Source of the DNA: an uncultured delta proteobacterium
GTDB lineage: Bacteria > Desulfobacterota > RBG-13-43-22
Reading direction: 5' to 3'
NCBI GenBank assembly: GCA_963790475.1
Contig: CAWBOS010000010.1
Span: 96,001-160,000 of the forward strand
Length of the DNA stretch: 64,000 bases
A program made the translations under genes and the position numbers. The notes beneath the pieces are model-generated. The model saw nothing but the letters and a program-made list of their open reading frames with translations, did not search any database and was not told the origin of the DNA. Below, in pieces: positions 1-9,707 of the stretch. Within the stretch, counting starts at the first letter, position 1; the number at the start of each line of letters is the position of its first letter.

Positions 1-10
1 CCAGGAGGTC

Positions 11-1177
11 ATGAAAAATAGCCCGGAAATTCAGGCGGCCCAGGCCGGGGTAAATGTCGCTCAATACAAAATCCCTCAAGCCGGCGCCCTGCCCGACCCC
101 ATGGTTATGGTCGGCTACCAGAACGATGGATACAGTAACTATACCTTCGGAGAATCCAATTTCGCTTATTATATGTTCTCGGCCAGCCAGATGGTGCCTT
201 TTTGGGGAAAGCGGGACTTAAAGGGTGAGATGGCCACCCGGGAAGCGGAAAGCCTTAAGGCGTCCTCGAAAAATACCATCCTTAAGACCGTTACCAAGGT
301 CAAAGAACTCTATTTTGATCTTTTGCTGGCCTATAAGACCAAAGAACAGATTGAGGACAAAACCGATTTGTTTGCCCGGATTGAGGACGCTGCTCTGGCT
401 CGGTATTCATCGGGCATGGGCCCCCAGCAGGAAGTGCTCATGGCCCAGACCGAGAAATACATGCTCCGGGAAAAAGATGAGATGACGAATCAAAAAATTC
501 AGGCGGCCGAGGGTATGCTGAACACAACTCTCGGGAGAGAGGTCGATGCCCCTTTGGGCCGTCCCCAGGTTCCGGCCTATGCCCCTTATCCGTACAAGCT
601 CGAAGAGCTTCTGAAGATGGCCAAGGAAAATTCCCCGGAAATCCAGTCCAAGGAAAAGATGATCAAAGGGGCAGAAGCCAAGGTCCGGATGGCGGAAAGA
701 GAATACTATCCTGATTTTACCCTGGGGGCCAATCTCTATAAAACAGGCGGGCCTTTTACAGACATGTGGAGTGTGACCGCTCAGATCAACATCCCGCTCT
801 ATTATGAAAGGAAGCAGAAGCAGGGGGTACTGGAAGCCAAGGCCGCCCTTTCTCAGAGTAAACAGGAACGCCTGGCTACCGAGAATATGCTGGCTTCGAA
901 TCTGAGGGATAGTTACTCCATGATTAAATCAGCCGAGCGGTTGATGGAACTCTATAAGGAAGGCTTGATCCCCAAGACCGTGCAGGACTTTCAACTGGCC
1001 CTCTCGGGATATACCGTGGGCAAAGTGGAGGCCATAACCGTCATCTCCAGACTGAAGGCCCTTCTGGATTTCGAGCTGTTATACTGGGGGCAATTTACCG
1101 AAAGGGAAAAGGCCATGGCCCGGGTTGAAGCGATTGCCGGGATTACGGATTTGATGATGGAGGATAAAAAGAATTGA
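11..1177 (+). CDS. TolC-family outer membrane efflux protein (CusC-like), probably 5'-truncated by the window edge
   Basis: Two OEP-like helical repeats (NSPEIQAA / NSPEIQSK); no signal peptide visible; overlaps the adaptor gene. Confidence 0.85.
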   Translation: MKNSPEIQAAQAGVNVAQYKIPQAGALPDPMVMVGYQNDGYSNYTFGESNFAYYMFSASQMVPFWGKRDLKGEMATREAESLKASSKNTILKTVTKVKELYFDLLLAYKTKEQIEDKTDLFARIEDAALARYSSGMGPQQEVLMAQTEKYMLREKDEMTNQKIQAAEGMLNTTLGREVDAPLGRPQVPAYAPYPYKLEELLKMAKENSPEIQSKEKMIKGAEAKVRMAEREYYPDFTLGANLYKTGGPFTDMWSVTAQINIPLYYERKQKQGVLEAKAALSQSKQERLATENMLASNLRDSYSMIKSAERLMELYKEGLIPKTVQDFQLALSGYTVGKVEAITVISRLKALLDFELLYWGQFTEREKAMARVEAIAGITDLMMEDKKN

Positions 1178-2349
1178 AAATATCAAGGATGGTCATCGGC
1201 TTAACATTAGGGATCGGACTTGGTCTTTCCGCCTGGCCGCTTCTTGCCCAACCCCATCAGCACGGGGCAATGTCGGAAATGACAAAGGCCCCTGCAAAAA
1301 AACCTGCCCCACAAAAGGAACCGGTTCAGGAGGAGGTCCCCACCGTAGAAATCCCCAAGGATAAACAACAGCTCATCGGTCTAAATACCACCTCGGTAGC
1401 CATAAGGCCCTTACAAAAGGTCATTCGGACCGTAGGCCGCATCGAATATGATGAGAGAAAAATGGCCACGGTCAATACCAAGTATGAGGGCTGGATCGAG
1501 AAACTGCGGGTCAACGCCACCGGGAGCTACGTGAAGAAGGGAGAGCCCCTGGCCGAAATCTACAGCCCGGAACTTTTGGCTACCCAACGGGAATATCTGA
1601 ATGCCCTTAAATGGAAAAATTCCACCAAAAAGGATAGCGAACTCGGTGCCCTGTTGATCAAAGATGCGGAAACTATTCTGGAGGCAGCCAAACAGCGTCT
1701 GAAACTTTGGGACATCACCGAAGAACAAATCAAAAAAGTCGAGGGAACCGGTCAGCCGATCAAGACCTTGACCCTTTACAGCCCGGTCAGCGGGTATGTG
1801 ACCCAAAAAACAGCCATCCAGGGGATGAAGGTCATGCCTGGTGATAAGCTCTTTGATATTGTCGATCTTTCATCGGTTTGGGTGCTGGCCGACATCTATG
1901 AATACGAACTTCCGGTCGTCAAATTGGGGGCGCCGGCCGTCATCAGTCTAAGCTACTTCCCGGGCAAGGAATTTCTTTCTAAAATAGATTATATCTATCC
2001 AACCCTGGCCGGTGAAACCAGGACCGCCAAAGTTAGGTTTACCTTGCCCAATCCGGGGGGTCAGCTCAAACCCCAGATGTTCACCGATGTGACCTTAAAG
2101 ATCAATCTCGGTAAAAAGCTCGTTGTTCCTGAGGATGCGGTTATTGATACCGGAACAAGGCAGATTGTTTATGTGGATAAAGGGGATGGAAATTTTGAGC
2201 CCCGAGAGGTCTCTGTCGGCCTCAAGACCGATCAGATGGTCGAGGTGACAAGAGGATTACGGGTTGGAGAAAAAGTGGTTTCTTCAGCAAATTTCCTGAT
2301 TGATTCAGAAGCGAAATTAAAAGGGGTTGCTCCAAGGACGAACAAATAA
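1174..2349 (+). CDS. cusB: Heavy-metal RND periplasmic adaptor (CusB-like)
   Basis: Signal peptide, His/Met patch QPHQHGAMSEM, GWIEKL..G..V.KGEPL..IYSPEL, LKPQMF, SANFLIDSE. Confidence 0.88.
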   Translation: MKISRMVIGLTLGIGLGLSAWPLLAQPHQHGAMSEMTKAPAKKPAPQKEPVQEEVPTVEIPKDKQQLIGLNTTSVAIRPLQKVIRTVGRIEYDERKMATVNTKYEGWIEKLRVNATGSYVKKGEPLAEIYSPELLATQREYLNALKWKNSTKKDSELGALLIKDAETILEAAKQRLKLWDITEEQIKKVEGTGQPIKTLTLYSPVSGYVTQKTAIQGMKVMPGDKLFDIVDLSSVWVLADIYEYELPVVKLGAPAVISLSYFPGKEFLSKIDYIYPTLAGETRTAKVRFTLPNPGGQLKPQMFTDVTLKINLGKKLVVPEDAVIDTGTRQIVYVDKGDGNFEPREVSVGLKTDQMVEVTRGLRVGEKVVSSANFLIDSEAKLKGVAPRTNK

Positions 2350-2360
2350 ATCATGGGTAA

Positions 2361-2454
2361 AAGGTTTAAGGTTTGAGGTGTAAGGTGAGAATACCTCAGA
2401 ACCGGCTTTCCTTAAAGCTTTTAACATTAAACTTTAAACCGTAGACCTTATACC
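2361..2454. repeat. Intergenic heptamer tandem-repeat element with complementary arms
   Basis: Left AAGGTTT/AAGGTTT/GAGGTGT/AAGGTGA; right arm has degenerate reverse-complement units (..TTAAACTTTAAACCGTAGACCTTA). Confidence 0.6.
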
Positions 2455-2468
2455 GGTTTCATAATCTT

Positions 2469-5400
2469 ATGATCGCCAAAATTATTGAATACAGCGCCCG
2501 GAATAAATTTATCATTTTTTTGTTGATGTTTTTTTTGGGGATCTGGGGGTACCTTTCCCTTATAAACACCCCCCTGGATGCCCTCCCCGATCTCAGTGAT
2601 ACCCAGGTGATTATCTATACCGAATGGCCGGGAAGAAGCCCGGACCTGGTTGAAGACCAGATCACTTATCCCATTACTTCAACCTTATTGGCCGCTCCCA
2701 AAGTGCAGGCGGTTAGAGGTTTTTCCTATCTGGGCAGTTCTTTTATCTACGTCATCTTTGAAGAGGGGACCGATATCTATTGGGCTCGAAGCCGGATCCT
2801 GGAGTACCTCCAGGCCGTAAAAAACAAGCTCCCGGCCAATATCAACCCGGTCCTCGGACCCGATGCCACCAGCCTGGGCTGGGGGTTCTCCTATGCCGTT
2901 GTGGATGAGACCGGCAAGTTGGACCTGGCCCAGTTGCGTTCCCTCCAGGACTGGAATCTAAAGCTGGCGATTGAAAGTGTCCCCGGGGTTTCCCAGGTGG
3001 CCAGCCTGGGCGGGTTTGTCAAACAATATCAGATCACCCTGGACCCCAACCGTCTTTCCGCTTTTAACATCCCCATTACCAAAGTCATGGAAGCCGTCCG
3101 CCGCAGCAACCTGGACGTAGAAGGGCGGGTCATCGAGTTCTCCGGGGTGGAGTACATGGTCCGCGGACGGGGATATATCAAAAGTCTGGAAGACTTAAGA
3201 AATATTTCTTTGGGCACTAATGGCAATGGGACCCCAATTTACTTGAAGGACGTGGCCGGGATCCAACTCGGGCCGGAGATCCGCCGGGGGGTGGCCGAAC
3301 TGGATGGAAAAGGGGAGGTGGCCTCCGGAATCGTCGTGGTCCGGTTCGGTGAGAATGTTTTGAAGGTCATCGACCGGGTCAAGGAAAAAATAAAAAAAGA
3401 TATCGAACCCAGCCTGCCCAAAGGGGTGAAGATCATCACCACCTATGACCGGTCAGATCTGATTCATCGTTCCATTGATACTTTGAAAGACGAGATCATC
3501 AAACTCACCATTGCCGTCAGCGTGGTCTGCCTCGTCTTTTTATTTCACATCCCCAGTGCCCTGGTGATCATTCTGACCCTGCCTTTGGCCATTATCATTT
3601 CCTTTATCCTCATGGTCCATCTGAAGGTTACTTCCAATGTCATGAGCCTGAGCGGGATTGCCATTGCCATCGGAGCCATGGTGGATGCCTCGATCATCAT
3701 GGTGGAAAATGCCCATAAAAAGTTGGAAGAGTGGGAGGAAGCGAAACGACTGAGGGGAGATGGGAGCGGGGAGGAGGGGGAAGTCCTGGATGCTCATCAA
3801 TCCGCACTCGCAAATATGAGCAGGATTGATGTCATTATTCATGCGGCACAGGAAGTAGGGCCGTCCCTTTTCTTTTCCCTGCTGGTCATCATGGTCGGCT
3901 TCCTGCCGGTATTCACCTTGCAGGCCCAGGCCGGCAGGCTCTTCAAGCCCCTGGCCTATACCAAAACCTTTGCCATGCTTTTTGCTTCCTTTTTGGCCAT
4001 TACCCTCACCCCGGTTTTGATGACCTTATTTATCCGGGGGAAAATAAGACCGGAAGAAAAAAATCCCATCAGCAAGGTCCTTCATAAGCTCTATGAGCCG
4101 GTGGCGCGGCTTGCTCTGCGGTTTAAAAAAATAGTCATAATTCTAGCCGTCCTTATTCTGGCCTCCACCATCTATCCCTTTATGAAAATCGGTTCGGAAT
4201 TTATGCCCCCCCTTTATGAGGGGACCCTGTTTTATATGCCGGTGACCGTACCGGCCGCTTCTATCTCCGTAGCTACAGACCTGCTGAAAATGCAGGACCA
4301 GATTTTGATGAAAATTCCGGAAGTAACCCAGGTCTTCGGCAAAGCCGGCCGGGCTGAGACGGCTACCGATCCGGCGCCCCTGGAGATGTTTGAAACAGTG
4401 GTCAACCTTAAACCCGAGTCTCAGTGGCGCAAGGGGATGACGGTCGATAAACTCAAAGATGAAATGAACGACGCCCTGACCATTCCCGGAGTGGCCAATT
4501 CCTTCACCATGCCCATCAAGGCCAGAATCGATATGCTGGCTACGGGGATTAGAACACCGGTGGGCATCAAGGTCCTGGGTCCGAAACTGGAGGAACTGGA
4601 ACGGATCGGCCTGGAACTGGAACATCACATCAAGGACATTCCCGGGACCCGCAGTGTGTATGCCGAGAGGATGACTACCGGATATTTTCTGGATGTAATT
4701 GTTAATCGGCAGGAAGCCGCCCGGTACGGGTTGGCTGTGGAAGATATTCAGGAAGTGGTTGAGACTGCCATCGGCGGCATGAATATCACCACCACTGTGG
4801 AAGGCCGGGAACGCTATCCGGTGAACATTCGCTATGCCCGGGAACTGCGGGGAAATATCGAACAGATCAAGAGAATCCTGGTGCCGGTTACGATGACCAG
4901 TCCCCAAAATGCCCAGACCGGTTCCAGTATGGGCTCCAGTGGGGCGGGGGTACAATCCTTGAGTGTCCCTCTGGGTGAAGTGGCGGACATAAAAATCATT
5001 AAGGGGCCGACGGCCATCAAGAGCGAAGAAGGGCTTTTAAGCCTCTATGTTTTTGTAGACTTCAGCGGCAGAGATGTGGGGGGATACGTGCAAGAGGCCA
5101 AGAAGAAGGTGGCCTCTTTGAAGATCCCCACAGGGTATCGCCTGGAATGGAGCGGGGAATATGAATATCTGCTCAAAACCGAGGAAAGATTAAAATTAGT
5201 CATCCCCTTGACCCTCTTGATCATTTTTGTCTTGATTTTTTTTAACACCAAATCGGTGACCAAAACCCTTATCGTCTTGCTGGCTGTCCCTTTTTCCTTA
5301 GTGGGCTCCTTCTGGCTCCTTTATATCCTTAATTATAATCTTAGTATCGCGGTCTGGGTGGGGATTATCGCCCTGGCCGGTCTGGATGCCGAGACCGGAG

Positions 5401-5732
5401 TGGTCATGCTGCTTTATCTGGAACTGGCTCATGAAAGGTGGAAGAAAGAAGGCCGTTTGAACGGAATCTCCGATCTGAAGGAGGCCATCATGTTCGGGGC
5501 CGTGAAACGGATACGTCCCAAGATCATGACCGTCAGTGTTATCCTGGCCGGTCTGGTTCCTATTATGTTCAGTCACGGTACCGGATCGGATGTGATGAAG
5601 CGTATCGCTGCCCCTATGGTGGGAGGGGTGATCACCTCCATGATTATGGAACTGGTTATCTATCCGACGATCTATCTGATCTGGAAGGGGAGGGAATTTA
5701 AACTCCTGGAAAGTCCTGCAAAAAAATCCTGA
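2469..5732 (+). CDS. cusA: CusA-family Cu(I)/Ag(I) RND efflux permease
   Basis: DALPDLSDTQVII, IYWARSR, AIGAMVDA; Met-triad equivalents in EFMP, PLEM, TMPI. Confidence 0.93.
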   Translation: MIAKIIEYSARNKFIIFLLMFFLGIWGYLSLINTPLDALPDLSDTQVIIYTEWPGRSPDLVEDQITYPITSTLLAAPKVQAVRGFSYLGSSFIYVIFEEGTDIYWARSRILEYLQAVKNKLPANINPVLGPDATSLGWGFSYAVVDETGKLDLAQLRSLQDWNLKLAIESVPGVSQVASLGGFVKQYQITLDPNRLSAFNIPITKVMEAVRRSNLDVEGRVIEFSGVEYMVRGRGYIKSLEDLRNISLGTNGNGTPIYLKDVAGIQLGPEIRRGVAELDGKGEVASGIVVVRFGENVLKVIDRVKEKIKKDIEPSLPKGVKIITTYDRSDLIHRSIDTLKDEIIKLTIAVSVVCLVFLFHIPSALVIILTLPLAIIISFILMVHLKVTSNVMSLSGIAIAIGAMVDASIIMVENAHKKLEEWEEAKRLRGDGSGEEGEVLDAHQSALANMSRIDVIIHAAQEVGPSLFFSLLVIMVGFLPVFTLQAQAGRLFKPLAYTKTFAMLFASFLAITLTPVLMTLFIRGKIRPEEKNPISKVLHKLYEPVARLALRFKKIVIILAVLILASTIYPFMKIGSEFMPPLYEGTLFYMPVTVPAASISVATDLLKMQDQILMKIPEVTQVFGKAGRAETATDPAPLEMFETVVNLKPESQWRKGMTVDKLKDEMNDALTIPGVANSFTMPIKARIDMLATGIRTPVGIKVLGPKLEELERIGLELEHHIKDIPGTRSVYAERMTTGYFLDVIVNRQEAARYGLAVEDIQEVVETAIGGMNITTTVEGRERYPVNIRYARELRGNIEQIKRILVPVTMTSPQNAQTGSSMGSSGAGVQSLSVPLGEVADIKIIKGPTAIKSEEGLLSLYVFVDFSGRDVGGYVQEAKKKVASLKIPTGYRLEWSGEYEYLLKTEERLKLVIPLTLLIIFVLIFFNTKSVTKTLIVLLAVPFSLVGSFWLLYILNYNLSIAVWVGIIALAGLDAETGVVMLLYLELAHERWKKEGRLNGISDLKEAIMFGAVKRIRPKIMTVSVILAGLVPIMFSHGTGSDVMKRIAAPMVGGVITSMIMELVIYPTIYLIWKGREFKLLESPAKKS

Positions 5733-5795
5733 TTCATGGAGGCCTCATCAAGGGGTGAGCGATTTATTACTCCCCAGTGATCTTTTAGTCCGGCT

Positions 5796-6494
5796 TTATT
5801 CTCTTGGCCCGAAAAGGGCTGTTCCAACGCGGATGACAGTGGCCCCTTCCTCAATAGCTATTTCGAAGTCATGGGACATGCCCATAGAAAGTTGACTTAA
5901 ATCGACGGAAGGGAATCGGGCTTGCCACTGGTCTCGCCACTGAAGAAGCGAGTGAAACCAAGCCCGGGATTTTTCCGGGTCCGGATCATAGGGCGGGATG
6001 GTCATCAAACCCCGAATACGCAAGGCCGACCAGGTAAAGCTTTCTATCAACAATTCAGGAACCTTTGCGGGCGGTAATCCGGACTTGCTGAATTCTTCAG
6101 CCTCATTGACCTGAACGAGTACTTCGATGGTGTCTCCTGATCTAAGGGCCTGTTGATTTAATTCCCGGGCCAGGGCCATACTATCCAACGTCTCGATCAT
6201 GGAAAAAAGCTTTACGGCCTGTCTGGCTTTGTTTTTTTGTAAATGACCGATAAAATGCCAGGTCCCTTGCCGGATGGTTTCGATCTTGCTTTGGGCTTCC
6301 TGGATATAATTCTCTCCAAAATAGGTTAAGCCCTCCCCGATCGCCTCTTGAATCCTTTCAACGGGTATGGTCTTGGTAACGGCAATCAGTCGAATTTCAT
6401 CTCGCGTTCTTCCAGCCCGAAGACAAGCGCCTGATATTCTTTTTTCAACCTCTGCTATTGAATGAGTTAGAATTCCCATTTCTATTTTTTCCAT
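5796..6494 (-). CDS. yggS: PLP homeostasis protein YggS
   Basis: AVTKT, FGENYIQE, WHFIGHLQKNK, LSMGMSHDF, IRVGTALFG. Confidence 0.95.
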   Translation of the reverse strand: MEKIEMGILTHSIAEVEKRISGACLRAGRTRDEIRLIAVTKTIPVERIQEAIGEGLTYFGENYIQEAQSKIETIRQGTWHFIGHLQKNKARQAVKLFSMIETLDSMALARELNQQALRSGDTIEVLVQVNEAEEFSKSGLPPAKVPELLIESFTWSALRIRGLMTIPPYDPDPEKSRAWFHSLLQWRDQWQARFPSVDLSQLSMGMSHDFEIAIEEGATVIRVGTALFGPRE

Positions 6495-6513
6495 TTACTT
6501 GAATTACTCAAAA

Positions 6514-6544
6514 AACCTTGAACCTTGAACTTAGAACCTTAAAC
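6514..6544. repeat. Heptamer tandem repeat (single arm)
   Basis: AACCTTG AACCTTG AACTTAG AACCTTA AAC between maf and yggS. Confidence 0.65.
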
Positions 6545-6548
6545 ATTT

Positions 6549-7136
6549 TTATTTCATCCGAAATCCGGCCACCTTTTCCAGTACCGCCAACACTTCTGTT
6601 ACCGGCAGACCGACTACATTGGTATAGGACCCGCTTATTTTTTTGACACAAAAGGCGCCCTTCCCCTGAATGGCATAGGCACCGGCTTTGTCCAAAGGCT
6701 CTCCGGTCTGGACATACCAGTCGATCTCTTCGCTGGACAAGGATTTGAAATGGACCCGGGTTGAAATGCTTTTAATAAGTGTACGGTTCAGCACTCGATT
6801 CTTCAAACAAAAACCGGTAATCACCCGATGGATTTCCCCGCTCAAGAGTTGAAGAAATCTTTTCGCCTCTTGTGAATCCTTAGGTTTTCCCAGCATTTTT
6901 TCTCCTAAAACAACCACCGTATCGGCCCCTAAAACCCATTGTCCCGGATAGAGGCAGGAAACGATATGGGCCTTCTCTTCGGCCATACGAAGGGAAAACG
7001 ATACCGGGTCTTCCCTGTGACGGGGGATTTCTCGAACTTCCGCAGGAACAATTTTCAACCGCAACCCTAAATCCTTTAACAAGGCTTTACGCCTGGGTGA
7101 CTCAGAGGCTAAAATCAACAAGAAGAGTGATTCCAT
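6549..7136 (-). CDS. maf: Maf/YhdE nucleoside triphosphate pyrophosphatase
   Basis: LILASESPRRK, GADTVV, LGKP, DKAGAYAIQG, NVVGLP. Confidence 0.95.
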   Translation of the reverse strand: MESLFLLILASESPRRKALLKDLGLRLKIVPAEVREIPRHREDPVSFSLRMAEEKAHIVSCLYPGQWVLGADTVVVLGEKMLGKPKDSQEAKRFLQLLSGEIHRVITGFCLKNRVLNRTLIKSISTRVHFKSLSSEEIDWYVQTGEPLDKAGAYAIQGKGAFCVKKISGSYTNVVGLPVTEVLAVLEKVAGFRMK

Positions 7137-7145
7137 TCCCTGTGA

Positions 7146-7922
7146 TCAAATTCCCTTCAACCGTTTAAAGGCCCGATAGGTATTTTGAAGAACAACCGGA
7201 CTTAATTCCGATAAAGCTATTCCTCTAAGCCGGGCCACATGTTCGGCGGTGTGGACCAGCTGGGCCGGTTCGTTTCGTTTTCCCCGGAAGGGATGGGGGG
7301 CAAGGTAGGGGGCGTCGGTTTCCAAAAGAAGGGATTCAATAGGTGCGCGCCGGATAACCTCTTCCAAAACCGAACCTTTTTTATAGGTAACAGCCCCGGT
7401 GATCGATAGAAAAAAATTCATATCCAGACACTGTCGGGCCATTTCCCAATCACCGGAAAAGCAATGGAAAATTCCTCCGACTTCTTCGGCCTTTTCCTCT
7501 CTTAAAATTGTCAACACTTCTTCGTGGGCCTCCCGGTCGTGAATGATGACGGGAAGGGCCGCTGTTCGGGCCAACTGAATTAAATGGCGAAAGGTTTCCT
7601 TTTGCCGGGTCGGTGGAGAAAGATTGCGATAAAAATCCAGCCCGATTTCTCCGACGGCCACCACTAAAGGATCTTTCGTCAGTTTGGCCAAATGAGGGAG
7701 GATTTCCGGATGAAAAGAAGCGGCATCGTGGGGGTGGAAACCGACTGTGGCCCAAATCTTTTGATAAGTTTTGGCTAAGGCCAGGGCCTTACGGCTGCTT
7801 TCTAAATCGGTTCCGATGGTGATGATCCCGTTTATCCCTCCGGCAATGGCCCGCTCAACCACCTGGGGACGGTCGGGGTCGAATTCCTTCATCTCCAAAT
7901 GGGCGTGAGAGTCAATCCACAT
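7146..7922 (-). CDS. tatD: TatD-family hydrolase
   Basis: IDSHAH, GFHPH, GEIGLD, IHDREA, HCFSG, LETDAPYL; start set at MWIDSHAH. Confidence 0.93.
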   Translation of the reverse strand: MWIDSHAHLEMKEFDPDRPQVVERAIAGGINGIITIGTDLESSRKALALAKTYQKIWATVGFHPHDAASFHPEILPHLAKLTKDPLVVAVGEIGLDFYRNLSPPTRQKETFRHLIQLARTAALPVIIHDREAHEEVLTILREEKAEEVGGIFHCFSGDWEMARQCLDMNFFLSITGAVTYKKGSVLEEVIRRAPIESLLLETDAPYLAPHPFRGKRNEPAQLVHTAEHVARLRGIALSELSPVVLQNTYRAFKRLKGI

Positions 7923-8155
7923 AAAAGGATCTCCAAGGGCCAAGTGGGAAGTATTTCATTTTATTAATTGTTTTCCACGGATTGTAAAAGGGGCTCTGAT
8001 TATTAAAGCGATAATTTTATATCATATTTTTTGATTTAAAGCCAATTTATTCCGGAAAGATATTTCTTTTGAAATTAATCGGTGAATATGTTATAAGTGC
8101 TCGACTCAAATGAAGGTTTCATTAATAACGTCTTTGAAAAAGCATAACGATCGCA

Positions 8156-8187
8156 TTCCCCGCAGTTCGCTCCCGGGATATTCAATG
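8156..8187. repeat. Degenerate short palindromic repeat (CCCCGCAG..GC..CGGG type)
   Basis: ATTCCCCGCAGTTCGCTCCCGGGATATTCAA resembles, from recall, a dispersed palindrome of deltaproteobacterial genomes. Confidence 0.3.
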
Positions 8188-8252
8188 TTCGTCTTCAGCC
8201 TTGTGGATCGCAATCCTTTTGCTAAGTGGAAAAATGGAAAGGTTATTGGAGC

Positions 8253-9239
8253 GTGAAAAAAATCGGCATAAAAGGAACAGGGTCTTATCTGCCCGAACGA
8301 ATCGTTCCCAATTCCTATTTCGAAAAAATTATCGATACTTCTAATGAATGGATAGTCAGCCGTACCGGCATTCAGGAGCGGAGGATGGTCCTCCCCGGGC
8401 AGGCGTTGTCCGATATGGCCACCCCGGCTTGTGAACAAGCTCTGGAAATGGCCGGTCTTTCTGCCGAAGATTTGGATTTGATTATTGTGGGGACCTCCAC
8501 GCCCGATATGCCGACACCGTCGACCGGCTGTTTCCTTCAGCATTATCTTGGTGCTAAAAAGGCGGTTGCTTTTGATATCAGTGCGGCTTGTCCGGGATTC
8601 ATTTATGGATTGACTATAGCTCAAAAATTTATGCAGGACGGTTCTCATCAACACGCCCTGGTCGTGGGAGGGGAAATCATTTCCCACCGAATTGATTATC
8701 AGGACCGGGCCACCTGTGTCCTTTTCGGCGATGGAGCCGGGGCCGTGGTTTTGGGGCATTCTAAAGGTAAAGGGGAAGGGAAAATCCTGTCGACCGTGAT
8801 CCAATCCGATGGAAACCTCTGGAGATTGCTCAATGTGCCCGGAGGCGGATCCCTCCATCCTCCCTCCCATGCAATGGTCAAAGCCGGTCTCCATTTTCTC
8901 AAAATGCAGGGAAATGAGGTATTCAAGCATGCAGTCCGTTCCATGACTGATGCTGTGAGGAAGGTTATGGAAAGTGGTGGTATTACCAGCCGGCAGGTCG
9001 ACTGGTTTATTCCTCATCAGGCCAATCTCAGGATCATGGAGGCCGTGGCCAAACGGGTGGCGATACCAATGAAAAAAGTGATCGTCACTGTCCACAAATA
9101 CGGCAATACCTCTGTGGCTACTATCCCTACGGCCCTGGATGAAGGGGTTCGAAGCGGACAAATTCAAAAAGGGGATCTGATCCTGACTGCTTCCTTTGGG
9201 GCCGGTTTTACCTGGGGAGCGGCCTTATTCCGATTTTGA
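8253..9239 (+). CDS. fabH: 3-oxoacyl-ACP synthase III
   Basis: AACPGF, LFGDGAGA, PHQAN, YGNTS, FGAGFTWG; GTG start at 8253. Confidence 0.95.
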   Translation: MKKIGIKGTGSYLPERIVPNSYFEKIIDTSNEWIVSRTGIQERRMVLPGQALSDMATPACEQALEMAGLSAEDLDLIIVGTSTPDMPTPSTGCFLQHYLGAKKAVAFDISAACPGFIYGLTIAQKFMQDGSHQHALVVGGEIISHRIDYQDRATCVLFGDGAGAVVLGHSKGKGEGKILSTVIQSDGNLWRLLNVPGGGSLHPPSHAMVKAGLHFLKMQGNEVFKHAVRSMTDAVRKVMESGGITSRQVDWFIPHQANLRIMEAVAKRVAIPMKKVIVTVHKYGNTSVATIPTALDEGVRSGQIQKGDLILTASFGAGFTWGAALFRF

Positions 9240-9258
9240 TTTTTTGGAGAAATAAATT

Positions 9259-9502
9259 ATGCCTATTTATGAGTTTTGCTGTGACCAGTGTCATAACACC
9301 TTTGAACTGCTGGCAGTTCAGAGTGATGACCTGATAGAACCCGTTTGTCCTTCCTGCCAGTCTCCGGAGATCAGCCGGGTGACTGTCGAAAATTAACGTG
9401 GGAAGCTCCGGTAAAGGGGGGCAATCCATGCCCCAGGTGAGTGAGCGAAACTGTGCATCCGGAAATTGCACCACTATTGATATTCCCGGTCCAAGCAAAT
9501 AG
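9259..9502 (+). pseudogene. FmdB-family zinc ribbon protein with +1 frameshift (absent from ORF track)
   Basis: MPIYEFCCDQC..FE...CPSCQS; stop at 9394-9396; removing A9382 gives RVLSKINV...NCASGNCTTIDIPGPSK* (TAG 9500-9502). Confidence 0.8.
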
Positions 9503-9707
9503 TCTTGTCTCCAGATCATCCTTTTTTCCGCACACCGCTAAAGGGTTCTAATAGATAAAGCCTGTTGGGAAAAAGCAACTAAAGAGATCTTTTCAGAAAT
9601 TACCGGCAAGAAATTTTTGTTTAAAGTCCGCCAACCGATCTCCAGCTTAACTTGACAAGAGCCCGGAAGTATATTAAAGGCTATTATCCTTATTTATTAA
9701 TCAGCCT

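Noticed and set aside
8106-9167. 353-aa minus-strand ORF
   Set aside because: Antisense shadow of fabH with no motifs; the same applies to 4143-4955, 14682-15788 and 53008-54069
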